Part shown: piece by piece, positions 17,536 to 26,941 of the stretch
How the letters are laid out: each line of letters begins with the position of its first letter
How positions within the stretch are numbered: the stretch's first letter is position 1
Source of the DNA: Verrucomicrobiaceae bacterium
GTDB taxonomy: Bacteria; Verrucomicrobiota; Verrucomicrobiia; Verrucomicrobiales; V1-33
Length of the DNA stretch: 64,000 nt
Direction of reading: 5' to 3'
Assembly: GCA_027483175.1 (NCBI GenBank)
Contig: JAIXVE010000229.1
Location: 225 to 64,224, forward strand
Notes under the pieces: generated by a model
Database searches by the model: none
The model's input: only the letters and a program-made list of their open reading frames with translations
What the model was told of the DNA's origin: nothing
Position numbers and translations under genes: made by a program

Positions 17536-20250
17536 ATGGTGAAGCTTGATGATCCGCATGCGCTTGCGGCTGAGGAGGTGGTGAAGGCGCTGGGTAGTGA
17601 CGGGGTGAACGGGTTGTCTGCGGCGGAGGCGGCGAGGCGGCTGGGGGAGTATGGGGCGAACGAGCTGCCGGAGACGCGGCCGGTGGGGGTGTGGTTGGTG
17701 TTAGGGCGGCAGTTTGCGAGTCCGCTGATTTATCTGCTGCTGGTGGCGGCATTGATCGCGGGGGCGATGGGGCATCGAGGGGATGCGGCGGTGATTCTGG
17801 TGGTGGTGGTGGTGAATGCGTTGCTGGGGGCGTATCAGGAACGACGGGCGGCGCGGTCGATGGCGGCATTGCGGAAGTTGTCAGTGCTGATGGTGCGGGT
17901 GGTGCGTGGAGGTGAGGAGGTGGAGATTGAGGCGTCGGGGTTGGTGCCTGGGGATGTGGTGGTGCTGGCGGCGGGGGATGCGGTTGGAGCGGACGGGCGG
18001 TTGATTGAGGTGGTGGCGATGGAGGCGGCGGAGGCGGCGTTGACTGGGGAGTCGGTGCCGGTGGTGAAGGATGCGGGGGCGGTGCCGGTGGGGACCCTGA
18101 TGGCGGACCGGAAGGGGATGGTGTATGCGGCGACGCATGTGGCGGCGGGGCGGGGTCGGGCGGTGGTGACGGCGACGGGGGAGCGGACGGAGGCTGGGCG
18201 GATCGCGGATCTGACGATGACGGCGCGGGAGCCGAAGACCCCGCTGGAGGAGCGGTTGGCGGGGTTTGGGCGGATGCTGGCGGGGGCGTCGCTGGGGTTG
18301 TTCGGGCTGGTGATTGCGGGAGGGTTGGCTAGGGGGATGCCGTTTCTGGAGATTCTGATGGTGGCGATCAGTCAGATGGTGAGTGTGGTGCCGGAGGGAT
18401 TGCCGGTGGCGATGACGGTGGCGCTGGCGGTGGGGATGCAGCGGATGGCGCGGCGGGGGGCGGTGGTGCGGCGGTTGTCGGCGGTGGAGACTTTGGGGTC
18501 GGTTAGTGTGATCTGCACGGACAAGACGGGGACATTGACGAGGAATGAGATGACGGTGACGGCGCTAAGGTTGCCGGGGGGGCGGGAGGTGGCGGTGAGT
18601 GGGGGAGGTTATGCGCCGGAGGGTGAGTTGACGGAAGGCGGGAGGAAGGTGGCGAGCGGGGATGCGGCGGTGCGGCGGATGGTGGAGGCGTTGGTTTTGT
18701 GCAATGATGCGCGGCTGGAGGGGCCTGGGGGAGAGGAGATGAAGTGGCGGATTGTGGGGGATCCGACGGAGGCGGCGATGCTGACGCTAGCAAAGAAGGC
18801 GGGGATGGAACCGGAGGAAGTAAGGGCGGCGAATGTGAGGGTGGCGGAGTTGCCGTTTGATGCGGGATCGCGGCTGATGGCGGTGCAATGCGGGAGCGGG
18901 GAGCGCGGGAGGATCCTGATCAAGGGGGCACCGGAGACGGTGCTGGCGCTTTGCGGGCTGGTGGCTGGCGGGGACGGGACGGATGAGGAGTTAGGAGAGG
19001 ACGAGCGTGAGGCGATGCAGAAGGCGGCGGAGGAGATGAGCGGGGAGGCGTTGCGGGTGCTGGCGGCGGCGGAGATACCGGGGCGGGAGCTGGATGTGGG
19101 GGGCGGTTATGCGGCGCTGGCGGGGCACGGCGTCTGGCTGGGGTTGGTGGGGGAGATGGATCCGCCGCGGGAAGGGGTGAAGGAGGCGGTGGCGGAGTGC
19201 CGGCGTGCGGGGATTCGGACGGTGATGGTGACGGGGGATCACAAGGCGACCGGGCTGGCGGTGGCGAGGGTGTTAGGGATTGCGCGGGATGGGGATCTGG
19301 CGGTGGACGGCGCGGAGCTGGAGAGGATGAGCGAGGGGAAGCTGAGGGGCGAGCTTGAGAGGATCTCGGTTTTTGCGCGGGTGCATCCGGCGCAGAAGCT
19401 GAGGATTGTGGAGGCGTGGCAGGCGAAGGGCGGGGTGGTGGCGGTGACTGGGGACGGGGTGAATGATGCACCGGCGCTGGCGCGAGCGGATGCGGGAGTG
19501 GCGATGGGGATTACGGGGACGGAGGTGGCGAAGAGTGCGGCTGGGATTGTGATTACGGACGACAATTTTCCGACGATGGTGGGGGCGGTGGCGGGCGGGC
19601 GATTGGTTTACCGGAATCTGAAGAAAGTGATTCTGTATTTGTTCACGACGTCGATGGACGAAGTGGTGGTGCTGCTGCTGGCGCTGCTGTGCGGGTTGCC
19701 GCTGCCATTGCTGGCGGTGCAGATTCTGTGGATCAATCTGGTGACGGAGGGTGTGCTGACGGTGAATCTGGTGATGGAGGAGAGTCACGGGCGGGAGATG
19801 GGTCGGCCGCCGGTGGGACGTGACGAGCCATTGGTGACGAGGGAGATGCTGAAGCGGATGATCGGGATGGTGGGGGCATCGGTGGTGTCGGTGTTCGGGT
19901 ATTATGTGTGGCGGCTGGGGAGCGGGGTGCCGCTGGAGTTGGTGCGGAGCGAGACGTTTACGGTGCTGGCGGTGTCGCAGTGGTTCAACGTGCTGAATTG
20001 CCGGAGTGCGACGGATTCGGCGTTTGACGGGACGATGGTGCGGAACCGGTGGCTGCTGGCGGGGCTGGTGCTGGGGAATCTGCTGCAAGCGGCGGTGATT
20101 TACACAGCGCCGATGAACCGGTTGTTTCACACGGTGCCGATCGATTTCCGGCATTTTGTGCTGATCGGGCTGGTGGCGAGTCCGGTTTTGTGGGTGGAGG
20201 AGGTGAGGAAGTGGCTGGTGCGGCGGCGGGGGCGAGTGCACGGGGTGTGA
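17536..20250 (+). CDS. Cation-translocating P-type ATPase (type IIA/Ca2+-like)
   Basis: LTGES, VPEGLP, DKTGTLT, GDPTE, KGAPE, TGDGVNDAPAL, QILWINLVT. Confidence 0.96.
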   Translation: MVKLDDPHALAAEEVVKALGSDGVNGLSAAEAARRLGEYGANELPETRPVGVWLVLGRQFASPLIYLLLVAALIAGAMGHRGDAAVILVVVVVNALLGAYQERRAARSMAALRKLSVLMVRVVRGGEEVEIEASGLVPGDVVVLAAGDAVGADGRLIEVVAMEAAEAALTGESVPVVKDAGAVPVGTLMADRKGMVYAATHVAAGRGRAVVTATGERTEAGRIADLTMTAREPKTPLEERLAGFGRMLAGASLGLFGLVIAGGLARGMPFLEILMVAISQMVSVVPEGLPVAMTVALAVGMQRMARRGAVVRRLSAVETLGSVSVICTDKTGTLTRNEMTVTALRLPGGREVAVSGGGYAPEGELTEGGRKVASGDAAVRRMVEALVLCNDARLEGPGGEEMKWRIVGDPTEAAMLTLAKKAGMEPEEVRAANVRVAELPFDAGSRLMAVQCGSGERGRILIKGAPETVLALCGLVAGGDGTDEELGEDEREAMQKAAEEMSGEALRVLAAAEIPGRELDVGGGYAALAGHGVWLGLVGEMDPPREGVKEAVAECRRAGIRTVMVTGDHKATGLAVARVLGIARDGDLAVDGAELERMSEGKLRGELERISVFARVHPAQKLRIVEAWQAKGGVVAVTGDGVNDAPALARADAGVAMGITGTEVAKSAAGIVITDDNFPTMVGAVAGGRLVYRNLKKVILYLFTTSMDEVVVLLLALLCGLPLPLLAVQILWINLVTEGVLTVNLVMEESHGREMGRPPVGRDEPLVTREMLKRMIGMVGASVVSVFGYYVWRLGSGVPLELVRSETFTVLAVSQWFNVLNCRSATDSAFDGTMVRNRWLLAGLVLGNLLQAAVIYTAPMNRLFHTVPIDFRHFVLIGLVASPVLWVEEVRKWLVRRRGRVHGV

Positions 20251-20297
20251 CGGTTGTCGGCAAGAGCGGGGTGATGTGGAGCGTATGGTGGGGCACA

Positions 20298-23093
20298 ATG
20301 AATGAGGCCATCCGATTGATTCTGCCGCTGGTAGCTGCTGTGGCCGTGCCGTGCCGGGCTGTGGATTTTGTGAAGGAGGTGCAGCCGGTGCTGGAGGCGA
20401 ACTGCTACGATTGTCATGGCGAGGACAAGCAGAAGAACGGGTTGAGGCTGGACAGTGTGGCGGGGATTCTGAAGGGGAGTGATTCGGGGGAGCCGTTGTT
20501 TGTGCGCGGGAGCAGCGGGGAGAGCCTGCTGATCCGGATGGTGACGTCGACGGATCCGAAGCACATGATGCCGCCGAAGGGGGACCGGTTGAAGGCGGAG
20601 GAAGTGGGGGTGTTGAAGGCGTGGATTGACGGCGGGGCGGCGATGCCCGGGGAGAAGGAAGCGGCGGCGGGGATGCAGTTGAAGACAGATCACTGGTCGT
20701 TTCAGCCGGTGCGGCGGCCGGAGGTGCCCGAGGTGGTGGCTGGCGGGAATGAGATTGATGCGTTTGTCGGGGCGAAGCTGAAGGAGAAGGGGATGGTGCC
20801 GTTAGGGGAGGCGGACAAGAGGACGCTGGTGCGACGGATTCATCTGGTGATGCACGGGTTGCCGCCGTCGCCTGAGGAGAGCGAGGCATTTGTGAGGGAT
20901 GAACGGCCGGAGGCGTGGGGTGAGCTGGTGGAGAAGGTGCTGGCGAGTCCGCGGCGCGGGGAGCGGTGGGCGCGGCACTGGCTGGATGTGGTGCGTTATG
21001 CGGACACGAATGGATTCGAGACGAACCGGGAGCGGAAGACGGCCTATCATTATCGGGATTGGGTGATTGAGTCGATCAACGAGGACAAGCCGTACGATCA
21101 GTTTGTGAGGGAGCAGATTGCGGGGGATGCGCTGGGGGTGGATGCGGCGACGGGTTTTCTGGTGGCGGGGGCGTATGACATTGTGAAGTCGCCGGATCCG
21201 AATCTGTCGCTGATGCAGCGTCAGGAGGAACTGGCGGACATGGTGAGCACGACTTCGACGGCGTTCATGGGGCTGACGATGGGGTGTGCGCGGTGTCACA
21301 ATCACAAGTTTGATCCGGTGCTACAGAAGGATTATTATGCGATGCAGGCGGTGTTTGCGGGGGTAAACCATGGGGAGCGGCCGATCCGGCGGGAGCTGGG
21401 TGAGGAGGAAGTGAAGCGGATGGAGGCGTTGAGGAAGGAGGCGGCGGGGCTGCGGGAAGTGGTGGCGGGGTTCCGGCAGAAGGCGGCGGCGGCTAGTGGC
21501 GGGGTGGCGAAGCGAGCGGCGGTGAATGCGCGGGAGAACGAGGAAGTGTTTGCGGCGACGGAGGTGAGTGCGGTGAGGTTTGTGATTGAGGCGAGCAGTG
21601 CGGCCGAGCCTTGTGTGGATGAACTGGAGATTTACGATGAAGGCGGGAAGAATGTGGCGCTGGCGTCGGGCGGGGCGGTGGCGAAGGCGTCGGGGTCGCT
21701 GGCTGGTTATCCGATTCACAAGCTGGAGCATGTGAATGACGGGCAGAGCGGGAATGCGCGGAGCTGGATTGCGGATACGGCTGGGAAGGGCTGGGTGGAA
21801 GTGGTGCTGCCGGCGAAGGTGAAGGTGAAGCGGATTGTGTGGGGGCGGGACCGGAACGGGCAGTTCGGGGACCGGGTGGCGACGTCGTACCGGTTTGAAG
21901 GGCTGGGGGCGGGTGGCGAGTGGACGGTGCTGGCGACTTCGGAGGACCGGATGCCTTTTGGCGGGCAGGAAGCGCCGGATGCGTTTGTGGCGAAGTTAGG
22001 GGCGGCTGATGCGGCGTCGGCGCGAGAGGTGTTAGGTTCGCTGGCGGCGGTGGAGGCGAAAGTGGCGGCCTTGAGTGGAGCGGCGAGCGGGTGGGTGGGG
22101 ACGTTCAGCCAACCGGGAAGGACGCATCGGTTGTATCGCGGGGAGCCGCAGCAGCCGCGGGAGGAAGTTGCGCCTGATGTGGTCACGGTGATGGGGACGC
22201 TGGGGATGGGGGTGGACGAACCGGAGCAGGAACGGCGGGTGAAGTTTGCGCGGTGGCTGACGGGAGCGGAGCATCCCTTGACGGCGCGGGTGATGGTGAA
22301 TCGGATCTGGCATTATATTTTCGGTCAGGGGATTGTGTCGACGCCGAGTGATTTCGGGTTGAACGGGGCGCGGCCGACGCATCCGGAGCTGCTGGACTGG
22401 CTGGCGGATGAATTTGTGAGGAGCGGGTGGTCGGTGAAGCATGTGCAACGGTTGATTTTGAAGAGTGCGGCGTTCCGGCGGAGTTCCGGGGCGGGTGAAC
22501 CGGTGGCGGGGGACGCGAGCAGTGAGAAGAACCGGCAGGTGGATGCGGGCGGGGAGTATCTGTGGCGGTTCACGCCGCGGCGATTGGAGGCTGAGGCGAT
22601 TCGGGATGCGATGCTGACGGTTTCCGGGGTGCTGGAGATGAGCGGGGGCGGGCCTGGGTTTTATCTGATGGATGTGGTGGAGGAGAACGTGATGCACTAT
22701 TTTGCGAAGGAGAAGTTCGGGCCTGCGGAGTTCCGGCGGATGGTCTATCAATTCCGGATCCGGCAGACGACGGACAGCGTGTTCAGTTCGTTTGACTGTC
22801 CGGATGGCGGGCAGGTGATGCCGAAGCGGAGCCGGAGCAATACGCCGCTGCAGGCGCTGAATCTGTTCAACAGCACGTTTGTGCTAGGGCAGGCGGGGGT
22901 TCTGGAGGAGCGGCTGCGGAAGGAAGCGGGGGCGGATGTCGGCGCGCAGGTGGAGCGGGCGTTTGCGCTGTTCTACAATCGTGCGCCGGATGCGTGGGAG
23001 CGGGAGCAGAGTGTGGCGATGATCGAGGCGGAGGGCCTTGGATCGTTCTGCCGGGCGCTGTATAACTCGAGCGAGTTTCTGTTTGTGTTCTGA
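20298..23093 (+). CDS. PSD1/PSCyt (DUF1549/DUF1553) planctomycete-type cytochrome c domain protein
   Basis: CYDCH and CARCHNHKFDP, HWLDVVRYADT, PTHPELLDWLA, TPLQALNLFN. Confidence 0.93.
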   Translation: MNEAIRLILPLVAAVAVPCRAVDFVKEVQPVLEANCYDCHGEDKQKNGLRLDSVAGILKGSDSGEPLFVRGSSGESLLIRMVTSTDPKHMMPPKGDRLKAEEVGVLKAWIDGGAAMPGEKEAAAGMQLKTDHWSFQPVRRPEVPEVVAGGNEIDAFVGAKLKEKGMVPLGEADKRTLVRRIHLVMHGLPPSPEESEAFVRDERPEAWGELVEKVLASPRRGERWARHWLDVVRYADTNGFETNRERKTAYHYRDWVIESINEDKPYDQFVREQIAGDALGVDAATGFLVAGAYDIVKSPDPNLSLMQRQEELADMVSTTSTAFMGLTMGCARCHNHKFDPVLQKDYYAMQAVFAGVNHGERPIRRELGEEEVKRMEALRKEAAGLREVVAGFRQKAAAASGGVAKRAAVNARENEEVFAATEVSAVRFVIEASSAAEPCVDELEIYDEGGKNVALASGGAVAKASGSLAGYPIHKLEHVNDGQSGNARSWIADTAGKGWVEVVLPAKVKVKRIVWGRDRNGQFGDRVATSYRFEGLGAGGEWTVLATSEDRMPFGGQEAPDAFVAKLGAADAASAREVLGSLAAVEAKVAALSGAASGWVGTFSQPGRTHRLYRGEPQQPREEVAPDVVTVMGTLGMGVDEPEQERRVKFARWLTGAEHPLTARVMVNRIWHYIFGQGIVSTPSDFGLNGARPTHPELLDWLADEFVRSGWSVKHVQRLILKSAAFRRSSGAGEPVAGDASSEKNRQVDAGGEYLWRFTPRRLEAEAIRDAMLTVSGVLEMSGGGPGFYLMDVVEENVMHYFAKEKFGPAEFRRMVYQFRIRQTTDSVFSSFDCPDGGQVMPKRSRSNTPLQALNLFNSTFVLGQAGVLEERLRKEAGADVGAQVERAFALFYNRAPDAWEREQSVAMIEAEGLGSFCRALYNSSEFLFVF

Positions 23094-23094
23094 G

Positions 23095-24390
23095 TCAGAC
23101 CTCGTCGAGGGGTTTGGTGGCGTCGCCGAAGGTGCCGGGGTGGACTCCGCATTTGTCCATCATGGAGAGGTAGAGACGGCACATCTGGCGGTCTGGCTTG
23201 TCGCGGTAGTCGAGGATTCTGCCGCCTTTGATTCGGCCGCCGCCGCCGCCGAGGAGGACGACGGGGAGTTGTGAGGCGTCGTGGCTGCCGCTCATCATGG
23301 AGGAGCAGAGGAGGAGCATGGAATTGTCGAGGAGGGATCGTTCGCCTTCCTTGATGGCGTCGAGGCGGGAGGCGATGTAGGCGAGCTGGCTGATGAAGAA
23401 CTGGTTGACCTTGAGCCAGTCGGCGGAGTCGGTGTGGGAGAGGAGGTGGTGGATCATGTAATCCACGCCGAGGTTAGGGAAGCGGAGCGAGCTGTGGTCG
23501 TTGTTGAGTTTGAGCGTGGTGACGCGGGTGGAGTCGGTCTGGAAGCCGAGGACGAGGATGTCGGACATGAGGCGCATGTGTTCTGCGATGTCCTGGGGGA
23601 TGCCGTCGGCGGGGCGGGGTTTGTCTGGTTTTGCGAGGGTCGGGCGCCAGCCCTGGAGTTCGCCGCGCTGGCCAGCGTTTTCGAGGCGTTGTTCGACATC
23701 GCGGACCGAGTCGAGGTATTCGTCGAGTTTGTGCTGATCGTTGCGGCCGAGGTCGCGGCGGAGGGAGGAGGCGTCGTTGAGGACGGCGTCGAGGATGCTG
23801 CGGTCGCCTTTGCCTGCGCCTTCCTTGAAGAGACGGTCGAAGGCGAGAGCGGGGTAGACCTCGAGGGGGGTTGGGGAGGTCGGGGAGCTCCACGAGATGT
23901 GGGAGCTGTAGAGCATGGAGTAGTTCTTGTGGACGGAGGGGTTGGCTTTTTCGCAGCCGAGGACGAGGCTAGGGACCTTGGTCGCGCGGCCGTAGTGGGC
24001 TGCGATGACCTGATCGAAGCTGGTGCCGGAGCGGATTTCGCCGCCGGAGGCGAGGGGCGCGCCGCTGAGGAGGTTGCCGGTCTGGGAGCTGTGGATGTTG
24101 CCTTTGAGGGCTTCGGCATTGTAGAGCCCGCGGATGAAGAGGAGCTGGCGGCGGAAGTCGTTGAGGGGTTCGAGGACCTTGCCGAGGGTCATGGCGTCGC
24201 CTTCGCCGGAGGCATTCCATTCGGAGCCGTGGAAGCCATTGCCCGCGAAGAGGACGGCGACGCGGACGGGGGCGTCAGCGCCTGCGGCGGCGGCGCGGGA
24301 GGTGGCGGTCAGGGATTCCATCCATGGGAGGGCGATGGAGACACCTGCGCCGCGGAGGAAGGAGCGGCGGGAAAAGCGCGAACGTTTCAT
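23095..24390 (-). CDS. DUF1552 domain protein (twin-arginine-like N-terminus)
   Basis: SRRSFLRGAGVSIALPWMES, ISWSSPTSP, KLDEYLDSVRDVE, FQTDSTRV, LLDNSM. Confidence 0.92.
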   Translation of the reverse strand: MKRSRFSRRSFLRGAGVSIALPWMESLTATSRAAAAGADAPVRVAVLFAGNGFHGSEWNASGEGDAMTLGKVLEPLNDFRRQLLFIRGLYNAEALKGNIHSSQTGNLLSGAPLASGGEIRSGTSFDQVIAAHYGRATKVPSLVLGCEKANPSVHKNYSMLYSSHISWSSPTSPTPLEVYPALAFDRLFKEGAGKGDRSILDAVLNDASSLRRDLGRNDQHKLDEYLDSVRDVEQRLENAGQRGELQGWRPTLAKPDKPRPADGIPQDIAEHMRLMSDILVLGFQTDSTRVTTLKLNNDHSSLRFPNLGVDYMIHHLLSHTDSADWLKVNQFFISQLAYIASRLDAIKEGERSLLDNSMLLLCSSMMSGSHDASQLPVVLLGGGGGRIKGGRILDYRDKPDRQMCRLYLSMMDKCGVHPGTFGDATKPLDEV

Positions 24391-24589
24391 GGGTGGAGGA
24401 TCGGGCGCGCTGGAGGGGCGGGCAAGATCTTTTCCGCGGAGAGGGGAGGTGGGGGGCGTTCTTGAAAAAGCAGGAGGTTCAGCAGTTTGCTGTGCCGGCG
24501 TGTGGAAGGGACTGCGGATGCAGGGCGGATGCTTGCAACGGGGGCTCCGCCGGTGGCAGGGATTTCTCTCCGGCTCTGGCTCCCAGGGA

Positions 24590-24841
24590 GGGCCGCCGCT
24601 GCCTGCGCTCCGGCACCGGGGCGCTTCAACTCCTGGCTCACCGTGCTCTTGGCGCGGCCCGGCTCCTTGCCGATCGCTGTCGGCCATGCCCCCCGCTTGT
24701 GCAGAAGTTCCAAATGTGCTCTCTCTGTGATTGTGAGGTGTCCGTCGTTATTCAATGTCAGGGATTGGGTTCGTCACCTCCCTTCAATGGCCTGCGGATT
24801 CACTCACACCAGTCCCGTTTCACTTGGAGGTTGAAACCGCC
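24590..24841 (-). mobile_element. IS30-family remnant: left inverted repeat plus N-terminal HTH fragment of the transposase
   Basis: HLTITERAHLELLHKRG...AIGKEPGRAKSTVSQELKR (HTH_38-like). Minus-strand end GGCGGTTTCAACCTCCAAGTGAAAC (24841-24817) resembles IS30 IRs. No DDE domain. Confidence 0.75.
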
Positions 24842-24850
24842 AGACAATCC

Positions 24851-26209
24851 ATGAGATCGAAAAACAAACGCCTCATCTCCGTTATCGCAGGGGTTCTGCT
24901 GGCGTTCCTTGCCATCCTCTGGTGGCGTCAAGGAGCGGAGACTGAGTCGCTACAACATGTTCCTTCGCAGAAGCCCAATTCGCCTTCCGCACACAGGCAG
25001 CTGGTCGCAACTTCACTGCCAAAGATGCACCGGTATGACGAAGGCAATGATCCGCGCCGCAATCAAGAGGCAGCCGCTCGCTACTACCAACGCAGGGAAC
25101 AGATGATCAGAGCATATCATGGTGACGCCCGAATAGACGCCATCTTGAATGGCCTGAAAAGTGGCGAGAGCCTGGTGAGGTGGCTAGATCGAGTTCAATC
25201 TCACGAACTAGCCAGCGCCTTGCCGCTGGTCCCTCCCCTACTATTGGATGCTGACAAGTCAGTCCGCAGGGTTGCGGCTGAAACGCTTTGCTGGTTCGGT
25301 GACAAGCGTGGCTTCGACTTCATCCTGGAACAGCGCAAGAAGTCGGACGGACTCGAATGGTCATCGTTGCTTCAGAATGTGTTTGCAGAGTATCGGCCCC
25401 AAGGATACAACGAGGCACTGGTGGCGTTGATGAGGGCGAAAAATGGCGAAGAGACTTCGCAGAAGGTTGATGCATTCGCAATAGCCGAAGTGTTGGCGAC
25501 AATGGGTGATGCTACCTCACTCGAAGTGATCCTGCCTATACTGGCTCAGTATCCCCCAGAGAGCGCTGAAGCTGTTCTGGTGCTTCGAAATCTGAATGAC
25601 CCGAGGGTGACGCAATTTGCCAGAGAGCTTTTGAAGAATGGAGTGAATCCGCGAGTAAAACAGGCGGCAGAGATTGTTCTCGCGGCGCATGGGGATGAGG
25701 CGGCCCGGCGGAGCATCACGGCTGCAGTGAATCGGTTGGCAGAACTGCCCCAGCCAAGAAACGCCGATGGCACGTACAAGGCTGGTATGGAGCCAGCGGC
25801 AATCGGAGCGGTAAATGCGGCATGGGATGGTGAAGCGATGTTGGCGTTGGAGCATGGAATGGAATATCTGCCATCAGCACAAGCAGTGCCGGTGCTTCGA
25901 CACATCGCTACGAATGCCAACAATGTTCGCTTTAGTGAGGTGGCAGTCCAAATCCTTGCCAAGATTGGCGATGAAGCCGCGAGGGAAGCGCTTTGGCAGA
26001 CCGCACGGGCATTGCAGACTGGTCAACGCGGGTTTGAAAGCACAATGTATAATTCAGTGGGCAGGGCGCTGATGTTGTTCAGTGATTCAACCTCGACGGA
26101 ACTGGCAAAACAGCTATTTGGGGCCGACAGGCACGGCGCGGAAGCGTCTCAGTTCTTTGCCGAGTCCAAGGGGTGGGATGGTCTGTTTAAGCGTCGATTG
26201 TTCTACTAG
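24851..26209 (+). CDS. Hypothetical membrane-anchored HEAT/helical-repeat protein
   Basis: N-terminal TM; VRRVAAETLCWFGD, AVQILAKIGDEAAREAL; visibly more A/T-rich and lacking the backbone G-skew. Confidence 0.8.
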   Translation: MRSKNKRLISVIAGVLLAFLAILWWRQGAETESLQHVPSQKPNSPSAHRQLVATSLPKMHRYDEGNDPRRNQEAAARYYQRREQMIRAYHGDARIDAILNGLKSGESLVRWLDRVQSHELASALPLVPPLLLDADKSVRRVAAETLCWFGDKRGFDFILEQRKKSDGLEWSSLLQNVFAEYRPQGYNEALVALMRAKNGEETSQKVDAFAIAEVLATMGDATSLEVILPILAQYPPESAEAVLVLRNLNDPRVTQFARELLKNGVNPRVKQAAEIVLAAHGDEAARRSITAAVNRLAELPQPRNADGTYKAGMEPAAIGAVNAAWDGEAMLALEHGMEYLPSAQAVPVLRHIATNANNVRFSEVAVQILAKIGDEAAREALWQTARALQTGQRGFESTMYNSVGRALMLFSDSTSTELAKQLFGADRHGAEASQFFAESKGWDGLFKRRLFY

Positions 26210-26229
26210 CGGAACGGTTTCTTCTGCCT

Positions 26230-26644
26230 GCAATACTTTGGCTGAGGTCAATGTGCCGGCAAGGGTGCGGCCGCCTTTTCCAGGCCGGCGGGCGGACCAT
26301 CGATGTTGCCGCAGGGCGTCAGCGCGGGCTGTCCGAAACGGGGCGGGAACAAGGTGGCAGCGATTCCATCCACGGGTGGGCGATGGAGAGGGTGCGACCG
26401 GCAAATCATGTGGGCGAGCCTGCCAAGCCTGGGAGCGCCGCCGTCCAGAGCGGCCTTTCAACTTGCCGCAGGCCATGCTTCCACTCCGGGGCGTAGTGCG
26501 GCTGGGCCGGTTGGTTCAAGCCGCTCGAGGACGGCGGCGCTCCCAGGGAACACATGATTTCGCGGTCACACCCGATGGAGACACCAGCGCCGTGGAGGAA
26601 GGAGGGGCGGGAGTGCGAACGTTTCTTGGGCGGAGGATCGGGCT
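26230..26644 (-). pseudogene. Decayed duplicate of the 5' end of the DUF1552 gene
   Basis: 26362-26389 matches 24314-24341 and 26573-26643 matches 24333-24406. Start codon mutated (ATG to AAG) and interrupted by a MITE. Left boundary approximate. Confidence 0.8.
26390..26573. mobile_element. 184-bp MITE with 23-bp TIRs and 8-bp target-site duplication (IS256-like ends)
   Basis: TIRs GGGTGCGACCGGCAAATCATGTG / CACATGATTTCGCGGTCACACCC (3 mismatches); GATGGAGA at 26382-26389 and 26574-26581; internal IR 26428-26453/26521-26547. Confidence 0.85.
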
Positions 26645-26745
26645 GGGGGGATTGGAGATTTGAGATGGGTCTGGTTCGAAGGGCGGGGATGGGGAGGGAG
26701 TCTCTCGCGAAGGCGCGAAGGGCTGGTGGGGAGAGGTGCGAGTTC

Positions 26746-26907
26746 GGAGCCTCGCGTGCCCGGGCTTGTACGGAGAGGGCTGGCAGGCGCACTCCGTGCG
26801 CGAGAGAGAGCTGTGATTCTCCCAGCAGTCCAGAGCCTGCGGCGGGCTGGTTCGGAGGGCTTGTGGGGAGAGGGGCGGGAACGGAGCCTCGCGTGCCCGG
26901 GCTTGTT
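26746..26907. repeat. Dispersed ~87-bp repeat copy 2 (26772-26859), flanked by direct repeat CGGAGCCTCGCGTGCCCGGGCTTGT
   Basis: Direct match to 4181-4267; the direct repeat occurs near 26745 and 26882. Confidence 0.85.
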
Positions 26908-26941
26908 GGGAGAGGTAAGCGGAGGGATGCGGCTTCTGCAA

